From: Klebsiella phage KP13-26
Direction: 5' to 3' (one strand)
Sequence record: OP617743.1
Length of the DNA: 64,000 bases
Part shown: in pieces, positions 52,887 to 62,717 of the stretch
Layout of the letters: every line of letters begins with the position of its first letter
Position numbering within the stretch: the first letter of the stretch is position 1
Position numbers and translations under genes: made by a program
Notes under the pieces: model-generated
The model's database searches: none
The model's input: the letters and a program-made list of their open reading frames with translations, nothing else
Told to the model about the DNA's origin: nothing

Positions 52887-53435
52887 ATGTTAGTAGCTGC
52901 TGATTTAGTTCCTATGATACGCATACTTGTGTTCAATCCCTCACAAGAAGTTCTTCCTGATGAGATAGTTGAACAGATAATTCAAACATGGATTGATATT
53001 ATAGGTAACAATGATAGTAATAAGTGTGCAGTGCTATGGAATAGTTTAATTTCCGTTCTTGAATATCTTTGGAACACTGATCTATTAAATCACAACGACC
53101 AAACTGGCGGGGCTATCTCTAGGAAAGAGAAAGTTGGTGAAATACAAGTAGAAGTAGTGTTCAGCAATGGGCAATCAGAATACCATTCACCTTGGGAGGA
53201 TATCTATAACGGGTATCTGAATGGAGACATGATGATCCCTGGTTGTGCATCTGGACGAGGTGTTACAAGTAAAATTCTCGTTGGTGGTGTAGATGCCAGA
53301 GAAATCGAACGTGTAAATAGTGATCCTAATTCTGTAAATGGTTTAGGTGGTGTTGCTAGTGTAGATAGAAATACTAGAAATATTAATTATCTAAGAAACT
53401 ATGGCCCAGTAGGATTTTATAGAAGAGATAGGTAA
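52887..53435 (+). CDS. head-tail connector/completion protein (hypothetical)
   Basis: 182-aa ORF. Confidence 0.4.
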   Translation: MLVAADLVPMIRILVFNPSQEVLPDEIVEQIIQTWIDIIGNNDSNKCAVLWNSLISVLEYLWNTDLLNHNDQTGGAISRKEKVGEIQVEVVFSNGQSEYHSPWEDIYNGYLNGDMMIPGCASGRGVTSKILVGGVDAREIERVNSDPNSVNGLGGVASVDRNTRNINYLRNYGPVGFYRRDR

Positions 53436-53923
53436 TGAAAAGTGAGATCACAAAAGGAGACGATATGTCTCTTGATGAGTATTTTAAAAAAATATTAGCT
53501 TTAGATAATATTGAGATAGACGCAGGCTATCTAACTCCAAAGAAACATCCTGAAACTGATCTCACTCTTCCTGCCATTGCAGCTATTCAGCAATTCGGCA
53601 GTGATACTAACAATACTCCAGCAAGGCCGTTTTTAACGGACGGAGCACTACATGCAAGTAAAGAAATACCTAAGTTATGGACTACAGTGTTCAGAGATTA
53701 CTTATTACACGGAAAAGGTTTGGCAGCATTTGAACCTGTAGCAAAAGCTTCCCGAGAAGGTATTGCCCAAGCAATTGCGTTACAAAGATATCGTCCACTA
53801 TCTCCTGTAACTCTTAAAATACGTCAAGATAAAGGTAACTATTCTACTCACATACTTATTGATAGTGGTCACTTAATAAACGGTATTGAAACTAAAGTTA
53901 CTCGTAGACGTTCTAAAAAATAA
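53435..53923 (+). CDS. head-tail joining protein (hypothetical)
   Basis: 162-aa ORF. Confidence 0.4.
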   Translation: MKSEITKGDDMSLDEYFKKILALDNIEIDAGYLTPKKHPETDLTLPAIAAIQQFGSDTNNTPARPFLTDGALHASKEIPKLWTTVFRDYLLHGKGLAAFEPVAKASREGIAQAIALQRYRPLSPVTLKIRQDKGNYSTHILIDSGHLINGIETKVTRRRSKK

Positions 53924-53944
53924 CTTGCAATTAGTTAATTTTTA

Positions 53945-54385
53945 ATGTATACTAAAAAGGAGATACAAATGCTATTAGATAATTTTACTCTCCTTGATCT
54001 CACCACTTATCAAGGGCGAAGAAGAACATATGTGAAAAGTTCCACATCTGTTTTTGGTAATATGGATAATTCTATTCAGTATACCACATTTAACATAGAA
54101 ACAGCCAGCTTGCAACCTATATCAGGAAAAACTTTACAGGCACTACCTGAAGGATATAGATCTAAAGCTCAATACAGCTTCTGGACAAAAACAGAGATAC
54201 ATGGTATTCAGCAGGGAACAGATCAGTTACCAGACCAGATTTTAATAGATGGTTTATGGTATTCTATTTATGCTCTTAAAGATTGGACAAGAACCTCCTT
54301 TTTAATTCATTGTCACTGTGTGGCTATCCTAGATGACCAAAATAATACTTGGTCTTATGAAAAGGAAGGTGGTAACTTTGGCTAG
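53945..54385 (+). CDS. tail completion protein (hypothetical)
   Basis: 146-aa ORF. Confidence 0.4.
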   Translation: MYTKKEIQMLLDNFTLLDLTTYQGRRRTYVKSSTSVFGNMDNSIQYTTFNIETASLQPISGKTLQALPEGYRSKAQYSFWTKTEIHGIQQGTDQLPDQILIDGLWYSIYALKDWTRTSFLIHCHCVAILDDQNNTWSYEKEGGNFG

Positions 54386-55043
54386 TATCTATGAACAAAT
54401 AGAAGCATATGAAAACAATATTCTTGAAAATATTGGGGCTTTTATTAGTAGACTTGTAGGCTTACCTGTTTTTTTAATGGATAAACCATTTATAAAACCA
54501 GACGGGCCTTATTTAGCATTACGGATTGTATCATCCGACGATTCTAATGGTTGGTCTCAAAAATTTTCTTTTGAGAACGATATGTTTTCCTACTTAATGG
54601 ATAATAAGTATGACATCGAATTACTAGCTTGTCGTGGAAGACCTGTCACATTACTAACCTATGTTCTTGCAGCCTTACGCGGTGCAGATGAACTAAAATA
54701 CCAATATCTTTATTCCAAAGGAGTTAGTTTCCTATCCGCAACAAATGTAGCTCAAGCTAATACAATTTTAGATGGGGATAAGACAGAGCCTAGGGCAAGA
54801 ATATTCTTAACATTTAATACAACAATGGTTATTGAGGATTTAGCTACTACAGAAGTAGAGCAGGTAGATCTAACAGTCACCTCATATCGTACTAGTTATG
54901 AAGATCCTACACCTTTGAGTTTGTCCCTAGATCTAGTGAACATTTATGCAGGAGTTTTGGAATCCTCTGATGCCGTATACTCATTTGTAAATAAGGACGG
55001 ACTCCCTAAAAACACATCATCTACGTGGTGGAATAACTCTTAA
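54378..55043 (+). CDS. hypothetical structural protein
   Basis: TTG start with a GGAAGGTGG SD; the earlier ORF-track start overlaps the previous gene. Confidence 0.4.
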   Translation: MASIYEQIEAYENNILENIGAFISRLVGLPVFLMDKPFIKPDGPYLALRIVSSDDSNGWSQKFSFENDMFSYLMDNKYDIELLACRGRPVTLLTYVLAALRGADELKYQYLYSKGVSFLSATNVAQANTILDGDKTEPRARIFLTFNTTMVIEDLATTEVEQVDLTVTSYRTSYEDPTPLSLSLDLVNIYAGVLESSDAVYSFVNKDGLPKNTSSTWWNNS

Positions 55044-55120
55044 GAGTACATCATAAGATTAAATAACCTTTATCCATGTGGATAATTTTTCTAAGACCAA
55101 AGTTTCTAACAGGAGCATAA

Positions 55121-56527
55121 ATGGCAACTTTTCGTGATAAGGTAGTTTCCGTTACTCTAACTTACGGCGCTACTTCAATCAGTGAAACACAATTTGATAT
55201 CCCTCTAATTCTTACAGGGCATAACGTCACTGATAATCTTGTAGATTACTTTACTTCAACCGATGCATTACTAGCCGCAGGTTTTAGTACAAGTGATCCA
55301 GCCTATAAAATGGCTAAACTATTATTTGATGGCTTGTTTAAACCACAGCAAGTAATGATTGGTAAACGTGAAGTAAGTACTTTTACTTTCACCCCTACTG
55401 TTGTTAATGGTGCGACCTACACAGTCACTATTAAAGCAGGACAAAATTCAAAAGATTTTACTTTTGTTGCAGATACTTCCGCTACTGCCCAAGAGATTGT
55501 AGTAGGATTAACAGATCTCATTAATGCAGATTCTACATACAGTGCGTATTTCACTGTAGCAAATGATGGTGCTGTTATTACCTTTACCCCGGTAGTTGGT
55601 AAACTAGCAACAGTTTCTGCAAGTGGCTTAACAGGAACAGTAGCATATGCAAATGATATCTCAGAAGATATTACCGCTATTGCAGATGCAGATAACTCCT
55701 GGTTCTGGTTACTGTCAGATTCCCACGCTGACCAAGACATTATTGACTTGGCAGGTTATGTAGAAGAACATGATAAAGTTTATTTCTTCTCTAGCTCAGA
55801 TACAGCTATAACTACCAATGCTGAAGGAAACGTTCTCAAACGTCTTGGTAATATGGGTTATAATAACACCAGCATGGCATTGTGGATGACTACCGCAGAT
55901 TCTGTATTCCCAGAGGCGGCTGTAGTTGGTAGTATTTGTTCTGCTCAACCAGGTGTTACAACCTTACATGGTAAAACTCTTGTTGGTATTGAACTAGAAA
56001 AACTTAGCACTACCGCTGAGAACTACATTGTTCAGCAGAACGGAAACATCTATCGTAAAGAGCATGGGACATTGTTCTATCGTGATGGATTTATGGTTAG
56101 TGGTTTCTATGCTGACTATATTGTTCATGCGCTGTGGTTCAAAGCACGTGTAGATGAATCCCTGTTCGCCCTATTCAAGCAACAATCCATGATGGGTTCA
56201 GGTGTTCGTGCAACTTCTGCTGGTTTAGCATTGATTCGTCAAGCCGTTACCGCTAACCCAATTCAAGTAGGTATTCTGAATGGTACTATTGCTAACGAAA
56301 TTGTTACTTCAGAAGAAACAGGTCAATTAGTAAGTTTAAAACCTACTGTCTATATCCCTTCTCGTGCAGATATGACTGATGCTCAAATCAATCAACGTCT
56401 GGTCGATGGAATGGTTATTGAATATGTCTACGCTGGGTTCTTCCACTATGTCAAAGTACAGGTCAACGTATTGACCAATCGTACTTCGAGCAGTACTACT
56501 AGCAATAGCAGCACAACATCTTCATAA
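55121..56527 (+). CDS. tail sheath protein
   Basis: 468 aa, T/S/V-rich, directly upstream of a 159-aa tube-like gene; called by synteny. Confidence 0.55.
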   Translation: MATFRDKVVSVTLTYGATSISETQFDIPLILTGHNVTDNLVDYFTSTDALLAAGFSTSDPAYKMAKLLFDGLFKPQQVMIGKREVSTFTFTPTVVNGATYTVTIKAGQNSKDFTFVADTSATAQEIVVGLTDLINADSTYSAYFTVANDGAVITFTPVVGKLATVSASGLTGTVAYANDISEDITAIADADNSWFWLLSDSHADQDIIDLAGYVEEHDKVYFFSSSDTAITTNAEGNVLKRLGNMGYNNTSMALWMTTADSVFPEAAVVGSICSAQPGVTTLHGKTLVGIELEKLSTTAENYIVQQNGNIYRKEHGTLFYRDGFMVSGFYADYIVHALWFKARVDESLFALFKQQSMMGSGVRATSAGLALIRQAVTANPIQVGILNGTIANEIVTSEETGQLVSLKPTVYIPSRADMTDAQINQRLVDGMVIEYVYAGFFHYVKVQVNVLTNRTSSSTTSNSSTTSS

Positions 56528-56575
56528 TTAAAAGCGGGGGAAACCCCGCATGAATGTAAATAAAGGAGATCCACT

Positions 56576-57055
56576 TTGGATAAAATGCTTACTGGCATCT
56601 ATGCTTACGACCCTTCCCAGGTGATTCTATCTCTTGGTGGATGGGAGCCGTGGGGGTTTGCCGCAGACACTAAGATCGTTATTTCTAAAAGTAATGATAT
56701 CATCAACCCATATTCTGGTACTGATGGAGATGTTTCACTAGCACTTAGTCGTAACCGTCTAGGTACTCTAACTATGTCGCTACAACGTACATCACCAGCC
56801 AACGAAGTTCTTTCTGCCTATGCACAGACTATGTATTCAACTCGCCAAGTTGCATTCTCAGTCTATCTGGAAGATCCTCGTGGGTACTATATTTCTACCA
56901 TCGGATGGATTCAAAGTCAACCTGATGACACCATTGGAGAAACAATTCAAGAGAACCAATGGGTAATTGGTCTTAAAGATGCAAGCCTGCTTCGTTCAGC
57001 AGTAGGTGCTGGAGTTAACGTACTTAACTCAATTACAGCTCTAACTATTCAGTAA
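56576..57055 (+). CDS. tail tube protein
   Basis: 159 aa after the sheath gene, followed by a terminator and chaperone genes. Confidence 0.5.
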   Translation: MDKMLTGIYAYDPSQVILSLGGWEPWGFAADTKIVISKSNDIINPYSGTDGDVSLALSRNRLGTLTMSLQRTSPANEVLSAYAQTMYSTRQVAFSVYLEDPRGYYISTIGWIQSQPDDTIGETIQENQWVIGLKDASLLRSAVGAGVNVLNSITALTIQ

Positions 57056-57061
57056 TATAAA

Positions 57062-57087
57062 GGGCAGAAATGCCCTTTTCTTTTAAG
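57062..57087 (+). terminator. rho-independent terminator
   Basis: AGGGCA-GAAA-TGCCCT followed by TTTCTTTT. Confidence 0.65.
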
Positions 57088-57097
57088 AGAGGAAATA

Positions 57098-57577
57098 ATG
57101 GAACAAAAAGATAATACAATTCAAAAATTCGCACGTCCAGAAGTTATGGTTGATATTCCATTGGAAGAAGGACGTTTCGCAACATTTCGAATTTTAAAGT
57201 GGAATCCTACTAAAGTATTTGAAAGGATTCCTGAACTAGGTAGTGTGTTAGCTGTGCCTATGGTTATGTATGATACAGCAGCTATGTCAGCAGACGAAGA
57301 TTTAGAACCTCGTATTGCAATGGCTTTGATTCAACTGTTTTCTGGTTTAGAAGAAAAAAATCTAGCTAACTTTCTAAAGAAAATTCTAGATGAAGTTTAC
57401 ACAGAATCAGGTCATAATGTATCTGAAAACTTTGATGAATTATTTTTCGCACACCCTGAACTCGTTATTGACTTGACAGCTAAAGTTCTTGAGGTGAACT
57501 ATGGCCCTTTTTTCAAACGCGGTTTCGGCAAACTGTTGACCCAATTCAAAGGAATAGAGAGCCTGGTACAGAGTTAA
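57098..57577 (+). CDS. tail assembly chaperone (gpG-like)
   Basis: Sits between the tube and tape-measure genes; contains a slippery site. Confidence 0.55.
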   Translation: MEQKDNTIQKFARPEVMVDIPLEEGRFATFRILKWNPTKVFERIPELGSVLAVPMVMYDTAAMSADEDLEPRIAMALIQLFSGLEEKNLANFLKKILDEVYTESGHNVSENFDELFFAHPELVIDLTAKVLEVNYGPFFKRGFGKLLTQFKGIESLVQS

Positions 57578-57852
57578 GCCCAGCTATTGAACATGCAATA
57601 CAAATAGCATCGCAAACTATGAGTTTAACATGGTATGAAGTAATTCTTTGTAAGGTAGTTAAAAATACGTCAGAAACCTTATCTACATTAGATAATTATG
57701 GTGTAGATTATTTATTAAAACTATACGAATATCTATCTTTTGAAGAATATGTTGATGCTATGTACCACAAAGATGTTGATATAAAGAAAGGGCAACAAAA
57801 AACAGTACAAGAGTTAGATAAAGCTCTCAAAAAGATGATTCCAGCAGAATAA
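57098..57852 (+). CDS. tail assembly chaperone frameshift fusion (gpGT-like), -1 slip at T_TTT_TTC (57508-57514)
   Basis: The -1 frame opens at 57493 and continues into ORF 57619..57852; the canonical X_XXY_YYZ heptamer U_UUU_UUC lies in the overlap. Confidence 0.45.
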
Positions 57853-57864
57853 CGGAGAACTCCC

Positions 57865-59838
57865 TTGCTAGAAATTAATACCTCTAAAATTAAAAACACT
57901 GTTACCTTCACGGTGGATAAACAAAGCTTGAAAGAAGCTAAAGACTCTATTCAGAGTGTTAAGACTTTCGCAGAAGGTATTAAACCATCCTTAGACATGA
58001 CAAGGATGAGAAAGCAGATGCAGGAGATGGAACGTTACGCGAAACGTGTTCGGGACTTAATGCGCGGTCAGGGAGGAGGTAATCCTCCTCCACATCCCCC
58101 AGGTGGAAATCCACCACCACCACCTCCTGGCCCTCCAGGTAGACCACCTAAACCACCCAAGGTTGACCCAGCACAACGCAGAGCAGACATTGCAGCAATG
58201 AAGATGGAGAACTTCTCCTTCCGAGCTGCGGCCCTACCTAAAGCTGACATTGCCACATTAACACAAGCAAACAGGATTATTGCACAAACACTTGACTTAT
58301 ACCGCCAAGAGAAGATAACCCTAGCGCGTGTAAACCAAACAATGGCGCATCAGTTAGATAACATTCGTCGATCACATCGAGCAGCAAACGCTCGTATTGA
58401 GGATGAAGTTAGAGGTCGTCGCCGCATTAAACGTGAAGAAGAGGCTATTGCTAAAGCTAGAATTCGTGCTCGTGAACGTGAGCGCAAATTACGTGAACGG
58501 GAAGAGAAACGTATTCGTGATCAAAGAGCGCGTGACCGCGCTCGCCGCTATGAGCGTGTGAAGGAAAGTGTTCTGGGGTTAAACCCATCAATGTTAGCTG
58601 GATCATTGGTAGGTGGTGCATTAGTAGCTGGTCTTGCTCAAATTCGTAATATTATGAGTGAAAGCGCACAACGTACCAACATGGTCAGTCGAGGTGCTCA
58701 GAACGTACAAACAAACCCTAATGCCGTACTTGCTATGGAATCATGGGGGCGTGTGAACGGTGTTGACTCAGCTAACATCATCAAAGCAATCGACAACATC
58801 AAGGACGTTCGTGAACGTTTAGGTAACTCTGCAATGATGAGCGAGTTTGATGAAAAATCTGGCAAATGGAAAGGCGGAGATAGTGGTATTAATGACATTA
58901 TGAACCAGTTTGGCTGGACTAAAGATCAGATTGCCCAATTCCAAAACAGACCTCTTGACTTTATCCAAGCAACTGTGAACGAAGGTCAGCGCCGTGGTAT
59001 GAACTCAGCGCAGATTGGTCGTCTGATGGAGAACCTCGGTGATGACTTAATGCACTACCAACGTATGTTCTTAGATAATGGTAAAGAATACATGGATATG
59101 GTTCGCCAGTTAACCCAAACTGGTGGTGCTCTAAATGAAGAGCAAATGGTGGCAGCTCAAAATTATGTTATTCTATCTGAAAAACTGAACCAGTTCGGTA
59201 ATGGATTTAATGCTAATCTAGTTGTTGGTTTCATGGATGCAATGAAGGGGTCGCCAGAGTTCGCTCAGAACGTTCCGATTTTCATGGATGCAGCAAAAAG
59301 TATTGGTAAGTCCGCAGGGGAGATTGCTATAGCCTTGGCTAATTTGGTTAGCTGGATTCCAAATATTAATCCTGAGAACAAACATGAGCAGATTGCCGGA
59401 GATACCTTCTTGGGCATGTCCTACTATCGGGATAGCTGGTTAGGTCAGTGGTTAATCCCACACCTGGAAGGATTCACTGATAGCGTAGCAAGTCTGAACA
59501 GTATCCCTGGTATACAGAACGCTAACCTAATGGCGGGTACAGCAGCACTTGGCCCGAACCAAGTTGGTATCGGCAATAGCTATAATGGACTTGATCCGTA
59601 TAGTTTTGCGGCTAATCGTGGTGGCCCACTTGGAAGCAATCTGTACTATCCTACTGCTTCTGCTGTTAATCTACAGGCAACCCTGAAAGTTCCTGAGAAT
59701 TCGTTCACAATTAACGTTGTGCCGGATGGCTATGGATTTAGTAATTTCTTACGTAGCGAAATGGATGCATCATTTAGTGGTTACACAAGAGATCTGACTT
59801 TACAGATAAATAGTGGACAATCTTCTACCGGAGGCTAA
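57865..59838 (+). CDS. tail tape measure protein
   Basis: 657 aa; TTG start; Pro-rich GGNPPPHPPGGNPPPPPPGPPGRPPKPP linker followed by Arg/Glu coiled coil and a Gly/Asn-rich C-terminus. Confidence 0.55.
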   Translation: MLEINTSKIKNTVTFTVDKQSLKEAKDSIQSVKTFAEGIKPSLDMTRMRKQMQEMERYAKRVRDLMRGQGGGNPPPHPPGGNPPPPPPGPPGRPPKPPKVDPAQRRADIAAMKMENFSFRAAALPKADIATLTQANRIIAQTLDLYRQEKITLARVNQTMAHQLDNIRRSHRAANARIEDEVRGRRRIKREEEAIAKARIRARERERKLREREEKRIRDQRARDRARRYERVKESVLGLNPSMLAGSLVGGALVAGLAQIRNIMSESAQRTNMVSRGAQNVQTNPNAVLAMESWGRVNGVDSANIIKAIDNIKDVRERLGNSAMMSEFDEKSGKWKGGDSGINDIMNQFGWTKDQIAQFQNRPLDFIQATVNEGQRRGMNSAQIGRLMENLGDDLMHYQRMFLDNGKEYMDMVRQLTQTGGALNEEQMVAAQNYVILSEKLNQFGNGFNANLVVGFMDAMKGSPEFAQNVPIFMDAAKSIGKSAGEIAIALANLVSWIPNINPENKHEQIAGDTFLGMSYYRDSWLGQWLIPHLEGFTDSVASLNSIPGIQNANLMAGTAALGPNQVGIGNSYNGLDPYSFAANRGGPLGSNLYYPTASAVNLQATLKVPENSFTINVVPDGYGFSNFLRSEMDASFSGYTRDLTLQINSGQSSTGG

Positions 59839-59890
59839 AACGTTGTACATCAGTATTGACAATATATCGATAAACATGTTATCATAACTG

Positions 59891-60571
59891 ATGTACAATA
59901 GTATTATTATGGCAAATACAGTAAATAACACATCTAATACAAATGCAAAAACTACAGACAAAGGTCAGAATGGTTTTTGTATTTTAGCTAGCGTATATAA
60001 TAATGCAAGTAATTCTTATATTCAAGATTATCAAGCTATTGTCTTCGACGCTGTACCTAGCATTGGTATTAAACGCCAAGCAGACGTGACAGCATATCCT
60101 GTGGAGAGTGGTGCGAATGTATCAGACCACGTTCAGATAAAAAATAATACTTTTTCTTTATCTGGGATGATCACTGAAACGCCAATACGATTAATGCGAG
60201 ATATGCTCTACAGTGCAGGCGTTAACGGTACACGTATAAGTCAAGCTATTACATACCTAGATCAAATCTTTGAGGCAAGACAGCCTATTATCCTAATAAC
60301 AGAACATAAGATTTTTGAGAATGTTATTCTTAAAGGTATATCTTATGATTATCAGTCTGAATATTCTATGCAGTTTGATTTAGAATTTGAACAAATTCGC
60401 CTAGTAAGTTACGCCGAAACTAATGTTATTGCAACTAAAACAAAAGGCAATAAGAACGTTGGTGGAACAGTTAAACAGAAAGGCCCAGGCCCATCTGGGA
60501 ATCTAACTGAACGTACCGGGGAGGCAACCGGAACATCGAATAGAAATAATGGTACTGCCTCAAATCAGTAA
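59891..60571 (+). CDS. baseplate/tail-tip protein (hypothetical)
   Basis: 226-aa ORF. Confidence 0.4.
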   Translation: MYNSIIMANTVNNTSNTNAKTTDKGQNGFCILASVYNNASNSYIQDYQAIVFDAVPSIGIKRQADVTAYPVESGANVSDHVQIKNNTFSLSGMITETPIRLMRDMLYSAGVNGTRISQAITYLDQIFEARQPIILITEHKIFENVILKGISYDYQSEYSMQFDLEFEQIRLVSYAETNVIATKTKGNKNVGGTVKQKGPGPSGNLTERTGEATGTSNRNNGTASNQ

Positions 60572-60580
60572 GGAGTTATA

Positions 60581-61000
60581 GTGACAGTTTCTACATTTTC
60601 AGAAGCCAGTAGAGCTACAACTAATACTGGTTACAATGCTGTATTTATAGAAGACAGATCTGTTTATTTTTCTTGGTTATTAAAAACAGATGAATATCCA
60701 GACCAAACCTATACTGTAACATTGGATGGCGTAGACTATGACATACGTTTGCGTTGGAACACTCGTGATGAATCATGGCAAATGTTATTAGGGTTATCGG
60801 GTGATGAACCTAGTATTACTTTCAAAGTAACAAATGGCTTAGACCTACTTCTCCCATACAAATATATGGAAGCTGTTCCTGACGGGGAGTTGTACTTGGT
60901 AGATACTGTTAAAATAAACGGTAGACCTAACTATGATGATACAGGTATAGATAAACGTTTTGTTCTTGTGTATATAGATTCATTACCTAACCAAGCTTAA
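60581..61000 (+). CDS. hypothetical structural protein
   Basis: 139 aa; GTG start. Confidence 0.4.
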   Translation: MTVSTFSEASRATTNTGYNAVFIEDRSVYFSWLLKTDEYPDQTYTVTLDGVDYDIRLRWNTRDESWQMLLGLSGDEPSITFKVTNGLDLLLPYKYMEAVPDGELYLVDTVKINGRPNYDDTGIDKRFVLVYIDSLPNQA

Positions 61001-61014
61001 AATATGGAGGTTAC

Positions 61015-62016
61015 GTGGCAGATTATGTAAAAGCCCCAGCCCCTAATTTAAACAGGGCATATAAATTATTAATTGGTGCTGCAACTAACGTAGAAAGGAA
61101 GAAGACTAAGAATTCTTCTTTTAGTTCTACTGTTGATTTAGATACGAAAATGGCTAGCACTACCAAGTCGTCATCTAACCTCTATTTATTAACAGAATAT
61201 CAAATATCTTTTAATATTCGTAAAGATAATAATAAAGATCCTAACCAAGCTGAAATAACAATCTATAACTTAACTGACGATACTGTTAATTACATCAACA
61301 GAAGTATTAGAAACAACTTGGCTGTAGCCTTATCTGTTGGATATGAAGGTCAAGAGTTAACTATGATCTTTAAAGGAACAGTACAATGGGTTAGTGATTC
61401 TTTCAATAATACAGACCGAAGAACGGTTCTGCATTGTTTAGATGGCGGGATAAATATAGCGGAAGCCAGAACTAGCCGCAGTTATCCAAAAGGAACTAAA
61501 GTTAAAAAAGTTGTAGGAGATCTTGTAAAAGATTTAGGTACAACTGAAGGTAATATTCACATAGATACTGAAGAAACATTGTCATCTTCAACAGTTATGT
61601 GCGGTAACACCTCACATTATTTAGAGAGTATTTGCCGAGGAATAGATCATAACATATCTATTCAAGATGGATCAGTTTATGTTACACCTCGATCTCAAAT
61701 GTCAAGTGCTCGTTGCGCTTACATCTCTCCTGAAACAGGTTTAGTCGGAAGCCCTGAGCCTTTCCATAATGATATTAAACCAACTAAAAAAGTTACAAAG
61801 TCTAGTAAAAAATCAAAAAAACCTACTGACGGTGTAAAATTTAAATGTGAGATGAATGGTGCAATCCTCCCTGAAAAAACTATATGGTTAAAAAGCCACG
61901 ATTATGATGGAGCTTTTAAGGTTGTCTCTGTCGTACATTCTGGAGATAAAGAAGGGAAAGACTGGACAACAGAAGTGGAATCCGTTTCAGTATCTTCAAT
62001 AATTAAGAAAGGTTAA
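61015..62016 (+). CDS. baseplate hub protein (hypothetical)
   Basis: 333-aa ORF. Confidence 0.4.
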   Translation: MADYVKAPAPNLNRAYKLLIGAATNVERKKTKNSSFSSTVDLDTKMASTTKSSSNLYLLTEYQISFNIRKDNNKDPNQAEITIYNLTDDTVNYINRSIRNNLAVALSVGYEGQELTMIFKGTVQWVSDSFNNTDRRTVLHCLDGGINIAEARTSRSYPKGTKVKKVVGDLVKDLGTTEGNIHIDTEETLSSSTVMCGNTSHYLESICRGIDHNISIQDGSVYVTPRSQMSSARCAYISPETGLVGSPEPFHNDIKPTKKVTKSSKKSKKPTDGVKFKCEMNGAILPEKTIWLKSHDYDGAFKVVSVVHSGDKEGKDWTTEVESVSVSSIIKKG

Positions 62017-62017
62017 T

Positions 62018-62716
62018 ATGGATTCTTTAAATATTGTAACTTCTATGCGAGGATTGATAAATGAACAAATCGCAGAAGTTCATACAGCACTACCTGTAAG
62101 AGTAACAGCGGTAGATTATGGAGCTAAGACAGTAACTTTAGAATCTTTGGTAACTAATAAGCGTAGTACTGAAGATGAAATAGAATATCCAACATTCCAT
62201 GATGTACCGTTTGCAATTAATGGTGGAGGTACTGCCCGTATATCATTTCCTTTAAAAGCTGGAGATATTGGAACAGTAATCTTCTCGGAAAGAGACCCAT
62301 CTAATGCACTGCAAACAACAGGGGAAACTACCAGCACTTCTACACTTATTCAACCATGTGGATTATACCCTGTTTGTTTTATTCCAAAAATAGCCACAGC
62401 CGCTGATACTACAGATGCAGTAGATTCTGACAAGATAGTAATTTCTAATAATAAGAACACTTATGCTGAATTTGATTCTACAGATACAATCTCAATATAT
62501 AATAGCGCTGGACTTAAGATAGAGATTAATGGTTCTGAGATTACTTTGGCAGACGGGGCGGGAAGTTTAACTCTCTCTAATGGAACTTTCAATATTAATG
62601 GCTTAAAAATAGCTCCAGATGGAACCCTAACGCTTGCAGATGGTAGTGTCGTAGATAGACATACCCACGGTGGTGTTGAGTCTGGTGGTAGTTCTACAGC
62701 TCCTCTAGGAGGATAA
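62018..62716 (+). CDS. baseplate spike / gpV-like protein
   Basis: 232 aa; beta-rich with a Gly-rich C-terminus (VDRHTHGGVESGGSS). Confidence 0.4.
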   Translation: MDSLNIVTSMRGLINEQIAEVHTALPVRVTAVDYGAKTVTLESLVTNKRSTEDEIEYPTFHDVPFAINGGGTARISFPLKAGDIGTVIFSERDPSNALQTTGETTSTSTLIQPCGLYPVCFIPKIATAADTTDAVDSDKIVISNNKNTYAEFDSTDTISIYNSAGLKIEINGSEITLADGAGSLTLSNGTFNINGLKIAPDGTLTLADGSVVDRHTHGGVESGGSSTAPLGG

Positions 62717-62717
62717 T

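Noticed and set aside
58068-58256. Minus-strand ORF encoding a Gly/Pro-rich peptide antisense to the tape-measure proline tract
   Set aside because: It is the compositional mirror image of the sense-strand Pro/Gly codons, so it is not a gene.
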